DNA from: an uncultured Actinomycetota bacterium
GTDB lineage: Bacteria; Actinomycetota; Actinomycetes; JACCUZ01
Direction: 5' to 3'
DNA length: 64,000 nt
NCBI GenBank assembly: GCA_963723975.1
Contig: CAVRTI010000024.1
Coordinates: 81,954 to 145,953 of the forward strand
A program made the translations under genes and the position numbers. The notes under the pieces were generated by a model. It saw only the letters and a program-made list of their open reading frames with translations. It searched no databases and was not told the DNA's origin. Below are positions 1-9,040 of this stretch, piece after piece. How positions within the stretch are numbered: position 1 is the stretch's first letter; every line of letters begins with the position of its first letter.

Positions 1-406
1 ACCGACCAGGCTGCGCCCCGGCGCGAGTGCGAAGGACGCCACCCCGGCGGCGCCGAGCATGCACAGCGCGACGAACCACGGCGCGTCGCGCACCATCACA
101 CCCGACAGCAGCAGCATCCCGAGGGTGGCGTAGCCGATCTCGTGCGCGTCCGAGCCGGTGCCGGGCCGCGGGGATCACGGCCACGCCGACGGCCAGGCCG
201 GTGAGAACGACGCCGAGGCCGGGTGGGTTGTCGACCAGCAGCACGGCGCCTACCAGGCCGGCCAGCAGTGACAGCAGCGGCACCGGCCCGGCGACCGCCC
301 GGCCGTTGTCCGGCCAGACCCTTGCCAGCTCGGCGGACAGCGGTTCGGTGGCGGGTAGCGGCAGCGCCCGGCCCGGCGAACCCGGTGTGCTCGCTATGCC
401 GCTCAT
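1..406 (-). CDS. Hypothetical integral membrane protein, partial (continues past the window start). An apparent frameshift lies near 160-180
   Basis: The reverse strand from the ATG at 406 encodes MSGIASTPGSPGRALPLP...LLAGLVGAVLLVDNPPGLGVVLTGLAVGVAVIPAAR, then switches frame to ...HEIGYATLGMLLLSGVMVRDAPWFVALCMLGAAGVASFALAPG. The text is hydrophobic and helix-like. Its start overlaps the histidine kinase stop (ATGA). Confidence 0.4.
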   Translation of the reverse strand, partial: MSGIASTPGSPGRALPLPATEPLSAELARVWPDNGRAVAGPVPLLSLLAGLVGAVLLVDNPPGLGVVLTGLAVGVAVIPAARHRLGRARDRLRHPRDAAAVGCDGARRAVVRRAVHARRRRGGVLRTRAGAQPGR

Positions 407-1419
407 GCCGACCCTTCCGGTCCGGCGGGCAGGTCGACCACGAACCGGCAGCCGCCCTCACCTGCCGCTGCCAGCGCGATCTGACCGCCGTGCAGGGTCA
501 CCGCCCACCGGGCGATCGCCAGGCCGAGGCCGGTGCTGCCGTCCGTGGCAGCCGGTGCGCCGCGGTAGAAGCGGTCGAACACTCGGTCACGGTCGGCCGG
601 TGCGATGCCCGGTCCGTCGTCGGCGACCTCCAGGCGCAGGCCGTCCGGGCCGGAGCGGGCCGTCACCCGCACGGTGCCTCCTGGCGGGCTGTGCCGCGCG
701 GCGTTGTCGAGCAGGTTGGCCAGCACCTGGTGCAGCCGGGCGCCGTCCGCCCAGGCACGCGCTCCGGGAGGCGATACGTCAACGGTGAACCGCACGTCGC
801 GCCCGGTCATCGCAGCCTCGGCCACGGCGGCCTCGAGCACCGGGGTCATCGCGATTTCCCGGCGGTCCAGCGGCTCGGTGCCGGCGTCGATGCGGGACAG
901 GTCGAGCAGCTCGCGGACCAGCCTGCCCAACCGCTCGGTCTGCGCCAGAGCCGCCTGCAAGGTGGCCGGCTCGGGCTCGGCGACGCCGTCGACCAGGTTC
1001 TCCAGGATGGCCTGCAGCGCGGAGATCGGGGTGCGCAGCTCGTGACTGACGTTGGCGACCAGCTCCCGTCGTTCCCGGTCGGCGGCCTCGAGGTCGGCCG
1101 CCATCCGGTTGAAGGCTCGGGCCAGCTCGCCGACCTCGTCCCGCGACGTCGCCTGCACCCGACGGCTGTAGTCGCCACGGGCCATCGCCCGGGCCGCGGC
1201 GGTCATCGAGCGCAGCGGCGAGGTCATGCCGCGAGCCAGCAGCTGGGTGACGGCAAGGGCGAGCAGCACCGCCACCGGCAACGTGTAGCGCGGCCGCCAG
1301 TCGAGGCTGACCAGCCCGTACCAGACCAAGAAGGACGAGACGGCGACCGTGACGACGACCAGCACACCGAGCTTGGCCTTGATCGAGTGCAGCGGGTCGA
1401 GAGGGCGTGGCGGGATCAT
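403..1419 (-). CDS. Two-component sensor histidine kinase (HAMP-HisKA-HATPase)
   Basis: N-terminal TM segments, a HAMP-like region and an H-box (VSHELRTPISAL). N, G1 and G2 boxes (LLDNAARHS, DDGPGI, GLGLAIARW) are present. Confidence 0.85.
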   Translation of the reverse strand: MIPPRPLDPLHSIKAKLGVLVVVTVAVSSFLVWYGLVSLDWRPRYTLPVAVLLALAVTQLLARGMTSPLRSMTAAARAMARGDYSRRVQATSRDEVGELARAFNRMAADLEAADRERRELVANVSHELRTPISALQAILENLVDGVAEPEPATLQAALAQTERLGRLVRELLDLSRIDAGTEPLDRREIAMTPVLEAAVAEAAMTGRDVRFTVDVSPPGARAWADGARLHQVLANLLDNAARHSPPGGTVRVTARSGPDGLRLEVADDGPGIAPADRDRVFDRFYRGAPAATDGSTGLGLAIARWAVTLHGGQIALAAAGEGGCRFVVDLPAGPEGSA

Positions 1420-2109
1420 CTAGTCGCCCACCGCGTAGCCGACTCCGTGCACGGTGCGGATCACGTCCGGGCCGAGCTTGCGCCGCACGGCCTTGACGTG
1501 GCTGTCGACGGTTCGGGTGCGCGAGGCGTCGGCCCAGTCCCACACCTGGGCGAGCAGCTGTTCCCGGCTGAGCACCTGCTGGGGTCGTTCGGCCAGGCAG
1601 GACAGCAGGTCGAACTCCAGCGGCGTGAGGTGCACGACGGTCCCGCTGCGGCGGACCCGCCGTCCCGACCGGTCGATCTCCAGGTCGCCCAACACCTGCA
1701 GCGGCGCCGCGCTGCCCTCGCGGGCCAGCTCGGCTGCCCGGCGTACCCGCCGGAGCAAAGCGTGCACCCGGGCCACCAGCTCGCGCATGCTGAACGGCTT
1801 CGTGAGGTAGTCGTCGGCACCCGAGGCCAGGCCCATCAACGTGTCGGCCTCGTCCTCGCGAGCGGTGAGCATCAGCACCGGGACCGGTCGCTGCGCCTGC
1901 ACCCGGCGGCAGACCTCCAGGCCGTCGAAGCCGGGGAGCATGACGTCCAGCACGACCAGGTCGGGGACGAGCTCGGCGGCCGCGGCGACGCCGGAAGGTC
2001 CGTCCACGGCGACGTGCACCGTGAAGCCCTCGGCCTGCAGCCGTGCGGCGACCGCGGCGGCGATGGCCGGCTCGTCCTCGACGACGAGCACCGTGGCGGG
2101 AGACTCCAT
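1420..2109 (-). CDS. OmpR-family DNA-binding response regulator
   Basis: A receiver domain (VLVVEDEP...DLVVLDVMLPGFDG...DDYLTKPF) plus a winged-helix C-terminus. It abuts the histidine kinase start at 1419/1420. Confidence 0.9.
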   Translation of the reverse strand: MESPATVLVVEDEPAIAAAVAARLQAEGFTVHVAVDGPSGVAAAAELVPDLVVLDVMLPGFDGLEVCRRVQAQRPVPVLMLTAREDEADTLMGLASGADDYLTKPFSMRELVARVHALLRRVRRAAELAREGSAAPLQVLGDLEIDRSGRRVRRSGTVVHLTPLEFDLLSCLAERPQQVLSREQLLAQVWDWADASRTRTVDSHVKAVRRKLGPDVIRTVHGVGYAVGD

Positions 2110-2217
2110 GCGGAGAGCCTAGGGACGCTCGGTGGTCGAGGTCCGGACGCGACGTGAAGATCCTGTGCAGACCTTTCTGCCGCGACAGCCAGTTGTCGGC
2201 GGCCGTTTGGTGGCAGC

Positions 2218-2688
2218 GTGGTGGCCGTGATGCGCGAGGAGGCCGCGGACGCCGATCCCTGGGCGACGACCGGCGCCCGGCTGGCCTCCTTCGCCCGACT
2301 GCATGCGGAGGGCGCCCTGAGCGAGGTGCCGTGCCAGGCCTGCGGCTATCCCAGCCTGCCCGTGCAGGGCGGCAACCACATCTGTGTCGTCTGCCACTGG
2401 CAGGACGACGGTTCGAGCCGGGACCAGCCGGACAGTCGCAGCACCGCCAACCACGGGCTGACGTTGCGGCAGGCGGCCGCGAACATCGCCGAGACCGGCG
2501 TCTTCGCGTCGCGCTGGCATGCGCTGACCGCCCCCGAGTACTTCGCCCCGACGGTAGAAGCGGCCCGTGCCGACCTGATGTCCGCCTACGACCGGCTGCG
2601 GGCCGACCCGATGGACGCCTCATCGCGCGACGACGTACGCGCCCGTCGCACCCGGTTCATGTACACCATCGTGTCGGCGATGCGCTGA
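2218..2688 (+). CDS. CPCC-family cysteine-rich protein (hypothetical)
   Basis: Motif CQACGYPSLPVQGGNHICVVCHWQDDG resembles Pfam Cys_rich_CPCC (C-x2-C ... C-x2-C-x-W-x-DD). Confidence 0.5.
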   Translation: MVAVMREEAADADPWATTGARLASFARLHAEGALSEVPCQACGYPSLPVQGGNHICVVCHWQDDGSSRDQPDSRSTANHGLTLRQAAANIAETGVFASRWHALTAPEYFAPTVEAARADLMSAYDRLRADPMDASSRDDVRARRTRFMYTIVSAMR

Positions 2689-2696
2689 CGCGTCGG

Positions 2697-3071
2697 TCAA
2701 CCGAGCGCTGCCTTGGCGGCGGCCAGGTCGTCGGCCGCGAACACCAGCCGGGTATCGGTGGCGACGTAGGCGAGCGTGATGTTGACCCCGGCGTCGCCGA
2801 GCTTCTGCGCCGCGTCCCCGAGCACGCCGGGCCGGTCGCTCACGGCCAGCACCATGACCTCCTGCTCGGACGCGATCTCGGCCCGGGCCGCGGTCAACGT
2901 CGAGAAGGCTGCCGGGACGTCGTCGACCAGCAGGTGCACCTCGGACTTGCCGCCGCCGCTGCGCACGGCGCAGAAGCCGAGGATGTTCACCTCTGCCTCG
3001 CCCAGCAGGCGGGTGATGCGGGCCAGCTCACCGGGCTCGTCGTCCAGGTAGACGGTGATGTCGATGGCCAT
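2697..3071 (-). CDS. ACT domain-containing protein
   Basis: [33 protein letters not shown]... shows a tandem ACT-like fold. It forms the 3' tail of the long artefactual ORF 2697..7103, and a Shine-Dalgarno-like gaggcagg lies upstream. Confidence 0.75.
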   Translation of the reverse strand: MAIDITVYLDDEPGELARITRLLGEAEVNILGFCAVRSGGGKSEVHLLVDDVPAAFSTLTAARAEIASEQEVMVLAVSDRPGVLGDAAQKLGDAGVNITLAYVATDTRLVFAADDLAAAKAALG

Positions 3072-3090
3072 GTCGCACCTGCCTCGCCGG

Positions 3091-3270
3091 TCAGTCGTCG
3101 TCGGTGTCGTCGAGGCGGGCCAGCCAGGTGGCGAGCCGCTCGACGGGGATCTCGAAGTCGGGGTGCTCGTCGACGAACTCCTGGAACCGGGTCGCGAGCC
3201 AGGCCAGCGTGACCTGCTCCTCGCCGCGCCGGGTCTCCAGCTCCTCGATGCCGCGGTCGGTGAAGTACAC
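3091..3270 (-). CDS. Small acidic hypothetical protein (59 aa) that is not in the ORF track
   Basis: A GTG start lies immediately after the kgd stop (TGA-GTC-GTG). It translates to [59 protein letters not shown]. The coding text is coherent and non-repetitive. Confidence 0.45.
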   Translation of the reverse strand: MYFTDRGIEELETRRGEEQVTLAWLATRFQEFVDEHPDFEIPVERLATWLARLDDTDDD

Positions 3271-3273
3271 GAC

Positions 3274-6200
3274 TCAGCCGGGCAGGGTGAAGGCCTGCTC
3301 GACCAGCTGGCGCTGCTCGAGGTCGTGCTTCTTGTGCGAGCCCGCGGCCGGTGAGGCCGAGGCGTTGCGCGCCACGCAGGACAGCCCGCGACCGCCGAGA
3401 TGGGCCGGCAGGTTGAGGGCCATGAACGGCCACGGACCCTGGTTGGCCGGCTCCTCCTGCACCCACACCAGCTCGGCGTCCGGGTAGGCGGCCACCGCCT
3501 GCGACGATCTCGGCGCTGGCCAGTGGGGCGAGCTGCTCGACCCGCAGGATGGCGACCTGCTCGCCGCCGGAGCCGGCCCGCTTGGCCCGCTCGGCCAGCA
3601 GGTCGTAGTAGACCTTGCCGGCGCACAGCAGAACCCGGCGTACCTGACCGGCCTGGATGCCGCCCTCGGTCTCCGGGATGACCGGCCGGAACGTGCCGGA
3701 GGTGAAGTCCTCCGTCGCGGACGCCGCAGCCTTGAGGCGCAGCATCGACTTCGGGGTGAAGACCACCAGCGGCCGACGCGGCTCGTGGTAGGCGTGCCAG
3801 CGGAGCAGGTGGAAGTACGACGCCGGCGTGGACGGGTAGGCGACCGTCATGTTGTCCTCGGCGCACATCTGCAGGAACCGCTCGATCCGGCCGGAGGAGT
3901 GGTCGGGCCCCTGGCCCTCGAAGCCGTGCGGCAGCAGCAGCACGACCGACGAGCGCTGGTTCCACTTCTGCTCGGACGACGAGATGAACTCGTCGATGAT
4001 CGTCTGCGCGCCGTTGAGGAAGTCGCCGAACTGCGCCTCCCAGAGCACCAGCGCGTCCGGCCGCGCCACCGAGTAGCCGTACTCGAAGCCCATCGCCGCG
4101 AACTCGGACAGCAGCGAGTCGTAGATCCAGAACCGGGCCTGGCCCTCGTCGAGGTGCGCGAGCGGGACCCACTCGTTCCCGGTCTGCCTTGTCGGTCAGG
4201 ACGGCGTGCCGCTGGACGAACGTGCCGCGACGGCTGTCCTGGCCGGCGAGCCGCACCGGCTTGCCCTCGAGCAGCAGCGAGCCGAACGCGAACAGCTCGC
4301 CCATCGCCCAGTCGATGCCACCTTCGGACGCCATCGCGGCCCGCTTCTGCAGCAGCGGCATGAGCTTCGGGTGCACGGTGAAGCCGTCGGGCAGGGCGAC
4401 GTGCGCGTCGGCGATCGCCTTGACGACCTCGAGCGGCACGGCGGTCGCGCGGCCCGGCGTACCGACCGTCGAGGACTGCTCGGCCGGCGGCTCGATGCCC
4501 TCGCCGGTGCCCTGGTCCTGCGACTGCCCGATCGCCTCGCGGGTCTCGGTGAACACCCGTTCCAGCTGGCCCTGGTAGTCGCGCAGCGCCTGCTCGGCCT
4601 CCTCGACCGAGATGTCGCCGCGGCCGATGAGGGACTCGGTGTACAGCTTGCGCACCGACCGCTTGCCCTCGATCAGCGAGTACATCAGCGGCTGGGTCAT
4701 CGACGGGTCGTCGCCCTCGTTGTGCCCGCGGCGCCGGTAGCAGACCAGGTCGATGACGACGTCCTTCTTGAACTCCTGGCGGTACTCGAAGGCGAGCTTC
4801 GCCACCCGCACGCAGGCCTCGGGGTCGTCGCCGTTCACGTGGAAGATCGGCGCCTGGATCATCCGGGCCACGTCGGTGCAGTAGAACGACGAGCGCGAGG
4901 CGGCCGGCGACGTGGTGAACCCGACCTGGTTGTTGACGATCACGTGGATCGTGCCGCCGGTGCGGTAGCCGCGCAGCTGGGAGAGGTTCAGCGTCTCGGC
5001 GACCACGCCCTGCCCGGCGAACGCGGCGTCGCCGTGCATCAGCACCGCGAGCACGGTGTAGCCGCCCTCGCCCTTGTCGATGCGGTCCTGCTTGGCGCGG
5101 GTGATGCCCTCGAGCACCGGGTTGACCGCCTCGAGGTGCGAGGGGTTCGCGGCGAGGTAGACCTTCGTCTCGCTGCCGTCGGGCGCCGTGAACGAGCCCT
5201 CGGTGCCCAGGTGGTACTTCACGTCGCCGGAGCCCTGCACCGAGCGCGGGTCCTGGTTGCCCTCGAACTCGCGGAAGATCTGCGCGTAGCTCTTGCCGGC
5301 GAGGTTGGCCAGCACGTTGAGCCGGCCGCGGTGCGGCATGCCGATGGTGACCTCGTCCATGCCGGACTCCGCGGCGGAGGTCATCACCTCGTCGAGCAGC
5401 GGGATGACCGACTCGCCACCCTCGAGGGAGAACCGCTTCTGCCCGACGTACTTCGTCTGCAGGAAGGTCTCGAACGCCTCGGCGGCGTTGAGCCGGCGCA
5501 GGATCGTCAGCTGGTCCTCGCGGGACGGCTTCGGGAAGCCGACCTCGACGCGTTCCTGGATCCACTTGCGCTCGTCGGGGTCCTGGATGTGCATGTACTC
5601 GATGCCGATCCGCCGGCAGTACGACTCGCGCAGCACCCCGAGGATCGTGCGCAGGCTGGCCATCGGCTGGCCGCCGAACCCGCCGGTGGCGAACTCGCGG
5701 TCGAGGTCCCACAGCGTCAGGCCGTGGCTGACGACGTCGAGGTCGGGGTGGGACCGCTGCCGGAACTCCAGCGGGTCGGTGTCGGCCATCAGGTGGCCGC
5801 GCACCCGGTAGGCGTGGATCAGCTCCTGGACGCGCGCCTGCTTGGCGACGTCCTCCTCGTGCGAGGCGGAGATGTCGCGGACCCAGCGGATCGGCTCGTA
5901 GGGGATCCGCAGCGAGCGGAACACCTCGTCGTAGAAGCCCTCCTCGCCGAGCAGCAGTGCGTGGATGCGACGGAGGAAGTCGCCGGACTGCGCGCCCTGG
6001 ATGATGCGGTGGTCGTAGGTCGAGGTCAGCGTCATGATCTTGCTGACGGCGAGCCGGGCCAGCGTCTCGGGCGCCGCGCCCTGGTACTCGGCGGGGTAGT
6101 CCATCGCGCCGACGCCGATGATGGTGCCCTGCCCGGCCATCAGCCGCGGCACCGAGTGCACCGTGCCGATCGTGCCGGGGTTGGTCAGGCTGATCGTGGT

Positions 6201-7103
6201 GCCGACGAAGTCGTCGGCGGTCAGCTTGTTCGCCCGCGCCCGGCGCACGACGTCCTCGTACGCCGACCAGAAGCCGGCGAAGTCCATCGTGTCCGCGCCC
6301 CTGATGGACGGCACCAGCAGCGTGCGCGACCCGTCCGGCTTCTGGATGTCGATCGCCAGCCCGAAGTTCACGTGCTCGGGCCGGACCACCGAGGGCTTGC
6401 CGTCGACCTCGGTGAAGCCCTGGTTCATCTCCGGCATCGCGGCCAGCGCCTTGACGACGGCGAAGCCGATCAGGTGGGTGAACGACACCTTGCCACCGCG
6501 GCCGCGCTGCAGCGCGTTGTTGATGACCGTCCGGTTGTCGATGAGCAGCTTGGCCGGCACCGCACGGACGCTGGTCGCCGTCGGCACCGTGAGGCTGGCC
6601 TGCATGTTGGTGACCACCCGGGCCGCCGGGCCCTTGAGGGTGGTGACGCCGTCCGCGGCCGCCGGCTTGGTCGCGGGCTTGGCCTCGGCGGGCGCGGCCG
6701 GTGCGCTCACCGGCGCGGCCGCCGGCTTCTGGGCCACCGGGTCGGCGGTCGGCGCGCCGTCGGCCCGAGGGGTTGCCGCCGCCGCGGGTGCCGACGCGGT
6801 CGGGGTGGTGGCGGGAGCAGGGGCCGGCGCGGACGGTGCCCCGTTGGACGGCGGCGCGGCAGGCGCGGAGCCGCCGTTGCCGCCCGCTCCGGAGTCGGCC
6901 GGCTTGAAGTCCTGGAAGAAGTCCCACCAGGCCGCGTCGACACTGTTCTTGTCGGCGAGGTACTGCTGGTAGAGCTCCTCGACGAGCCACTCGTTGGGGC
7001 CGAAGCCTCCAGGAGCGTTCGTCTGGCTGCTGCTGGCCGGCCCCGACGAGGACCCTGACTGTGACACGGCGCGGATCGCCCTCTTCCCTGCATTTCGCGA
7101 CAC
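3274..7103 (-). CDS. kgd: Multifunctional 2-oxoglutarate dehydrogenase E1 / 2-oxoglutarate decarboxylase (Kgd/OdhA/SucA), interrupted by two apparent 1-nt insertions near 3490-3500 and 4175-4190
   Basis: There is near-colinear similarity to M. tuberculosis Kgd and C. glutamicum OdhA ([15 protein letters not shown]; the E2-like PAKLLIDNR...; the TPP domain [13 protein letters not shown]; the C-terminus ...[15 protein letters not shown]...GSHKKH). The protein is read from three frames. Removing one base in 'aaggcagaccgg' restores ...[40 protein letters not shown]. Confidence 0.85.
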
Positions 7104-7169
7104 CTGTGGCGGTACCGGCCAGCCTAGTCGCCGCCAGGCGGGGTCGTGGAGGCCGTCGGCGCCACCGTC

Positions 7170-8345
7170 CTACAGCCCCATCGACCGGGAGATCACGAGC
7201 TTCTGCACCTCCGAGGCGCCCTCGACGACACGCAGCACGCGCAGGTGCCGGAGGACCCACTCGATGGGGCCTTCCCGGAGCAGCCCCATCCCGCCGAACA
7301 CCTGCAGGCAGCGGTCAGCGACGGCGTACGCCCGTTCCGTGCAGTAGAACTTCGCGATCGACGAGTCGAGCATCAGCGAACCGGCCGACGAGTCCTGGTC
7401 GGTGGCCCAGGCCAGGTGGTAGGCCATCCACCGCATCGCCTCGATCTCGGCCTTGCACTCGGCCAGTGGGAAGGACACGCCCTGGTTGGCGGCCAGCGGC
7501 TGGCCGAAGGCGGTGCGCGACCGGGCGTGCGCGACGGCCTGGTCGAGGCAGTGCTCGGCCAGCCCGAGGGACTGGGCGGCGAATCCGGCCCGGCCTCCGT
7601 TCAGGAACGACATCGCCGCGTGGAAGCCGCGGCCCACCTCGCCCACGACGTGGTCGGCCGGCACCCGGGCGCCGTCGAACCACAGCTCGGCCGGGTGCGA
7701 CTCGGCCATCGTGGCCTGCACTTTCCCGACGCGGTACTGGTCGCGCGGAACGACGAACGCGGTGATGCCGCCGTCCGCCCGCTTCTCCTGGTCGGTGACG
7801 GCGAACACGATGGCGAAGTCGGCCCGGTCGCCGTTGGTGATGTAGTGCTTCATACCGTCGATGACCCACTCGTCGCCGTCGCGGCGTGCCGTGGTACGGA
7901 TCGCCTGCGCGTCGCTGCCGGCCTCGGGCTCGGTCAGGGCGAAGCAGGTGCTGGCCTCGGCCCGCACGACCGGGTGCAGGTACGTCGGCCACAGGTGCTC
8001 GGGCAGCTTGAGCAGCATCGGGCTCGGCCCCGACGGGTTGGGCACGCCCAGGGTCAGCGGCGCGAGCCGCAGCCCGGAGCGCGCGGCGTCCTCGACGAGC
8101 AGGGCGGTGCCCAGCGTGGAGACCCCCCAGCCGCCGACCTCCTCGGGCAGGAAGCAGGCGTAGAAGCCCTCCTCGGCGGACCGTCGACGCAGGCCGAGCA
8201 CGGCCTGGTAGATCCGTTCCCGGTCCGGGTCGAGGGCGGTGAGCACCTCGCGCAGCGACTCCTCGGCCGGCCGCACCTCGCGGTCCAGGAACGTCCCGTA
8301 CGACTTCCGGAGCGCGGTCAGCTCGTCGGGCACCGTGAAGTCCAT
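7170..8345 (-). CDS. Acyl-CoA dehydrogenase
   Basis: MDFTVPDELTALRKSY... with ACAD N-terminal, middle and C-terminal signatures (FALTEPEAGSDA, WVIDGMKHYITNG, ...QVFGGMG). Confidence 0.85.
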   Translation of the reverse strand: MDFTVPDELTALRKSYGTFLDREVRPAEESLREVLTALDPDRERIYQAVLGLRRRSAEEGFYACFLPEEVGGWGVSTLGTALLVEDAARSGLRLAPLTLGVPNPSGPSPMLLKLPEHLWPTYLHPVVRAEASTCFALTEPEAGSDAQAIRTTARRDGDEWVIDGMKHYITNGDRADFAIVFAVTDQEKRADGGITAFVVPRDQYRVGKVQATMAESHPAELWFDGARVPADHVVGEVGRGFHAAMSFLNGGRAGFAAQSLGLAEHCLDQAVAHARSRTAFGQPLAANQGVSFPLAECKAEIEAMRWMAYHLAWATDQDSSAGSLMLDSSIAKFYCTERAYAVADRCLQVFGGMGLLREGPIEWVLRHLRVLRVVEGASEVQKLVISRSMGL

Positions 8346-8389
8346 GGGGCACACCCTCCCGCGACACATCCCCTCCGTCGAGTGGCGCG

Positions 8390-8971
8390 TCAGGCGGGAC
8401 GGGGGACGATGCGCAGCGCGGTGTGCAGCAGCCGGGCGCCCTCGGGGGCGTCGGCCAGCGGCCGGTTGGTGAAGAAGTACGGGCTCAGCACGGCCATCAG
8501 GGCGGCCCGGATCTCCACCAGCTCCTCGGCGGTGGCCACCAGGGTGCTGTTGGACAGTACGGCGGCCTCCCGCCAGGCCCTGCTGTCGGCGGCCGCGTGG
8601 TCGAGCCAGCCCGAGATCTTGCGGTCCGAGGACTCGAGCAGGACCTGGCCGAGGGCCCGGTCCAGCGCCCGCGCCTCGGCCGGCGACGCGGCGTCCTCCA
8701 GGTCGGTCTCCCAGGCGGTCACCACCGCTCGCCAGAGCCGCTCGCGGCCATCACCGCCGTCGTTGTCGGCCTCCTCGACGAAGCCGTGCCGGGCCAGCAG
8801 CCGGAGGTGATAGCTGCACGCACTCGGGGAGAGACCGGCGACCTCGGCGCACTCGGTCGCGGTAGCCGGGCCCTGCATCTGCAACCGCTCCAGGATCGCG
8901 TAGCGGCCGGGGTGGGCCAGTGCCCGCACCGCCCCGACGTCGCGCAGCCGCCGCCCGTACCGCTCGTCCTC
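8390..8971 (-). CDS. ArsR/SmtB-family transcriptional regulator
   Basis: A winged helix-turn-helix (ALAHPGRYAILERL...ATECAEVAGLSPSACSYHLRLLARHGFV). It is divergent from the MFS gene. Confidence 0.8.
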   Translation of the reverse strand, partial: EDERYGRRLRDVGAVRALAHPGRYAILERLQMQGPATATECAEVAGLSPSACSYHLRLLARHGFVEEADNDGGDGRERLWRAVVTAWETDLEDAASPAEARALDRALGQVLLESSDRKISGWLDHAAADSRAWREAAVLSNSTLVATAEELVEIRAALMAVLSPYFFTNRPLADAPEGARLLHTALRIVPRPA

Positions 8972-8980
8972 GCCCATGCG

Positions 8981-9035
8981 GGCCAGAATATCTGAAATAT
9001 GTCCTTCACAAAAGAGATGTGAAGCATTACCTTCA
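8981..9035. promoter_or_regulatory. AT-rich divergent promoter/operator region containing the inverted repeat CTTCACA-N7-TGTGAAG
   Basis: The sequence is gaaatatgtCCTTCACAaaagagaTGTGAAGcattaCCTTCACAtcc. AT content is locally about 60% against a ~70% GC background. It lies between the divergent arsR-like and MFS starts. Confidence 0.4.
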
Positions 9036-9040
9036 CATCC

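Noticed and set aside
779-2623. 614-aa minus-strand ORF and 644-aa plus-strand ORF 223..2157 spanning the two-component genes
   Set aside because: These are low-complexity Arg/Pro/Gly-rich alternative-frame artefacts. The histidine kinase and response regulator frames carry the real motifs.
2697-7103. 1468-aa single ORF
   Set aside because: It is actually three genes, one of them frameshifted, that share a frame by chance: the kgd N-terminal part, then out-of-frame antisense, then the ACT-domain gene. It is not a fusion protein.
3847-7260. 1137-aa ORF on the minus strand (and the 950-aa plus-strand ORF 4206..7058) overlapping kgd
   Set aside because: It is extremely Arg/Gly/Pro/Ala-rich and low-complexity, which is typical of alternative frames in 70% GC DNA, and it has no domain-like text. 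The kgd frame shows strong, specific similarity.
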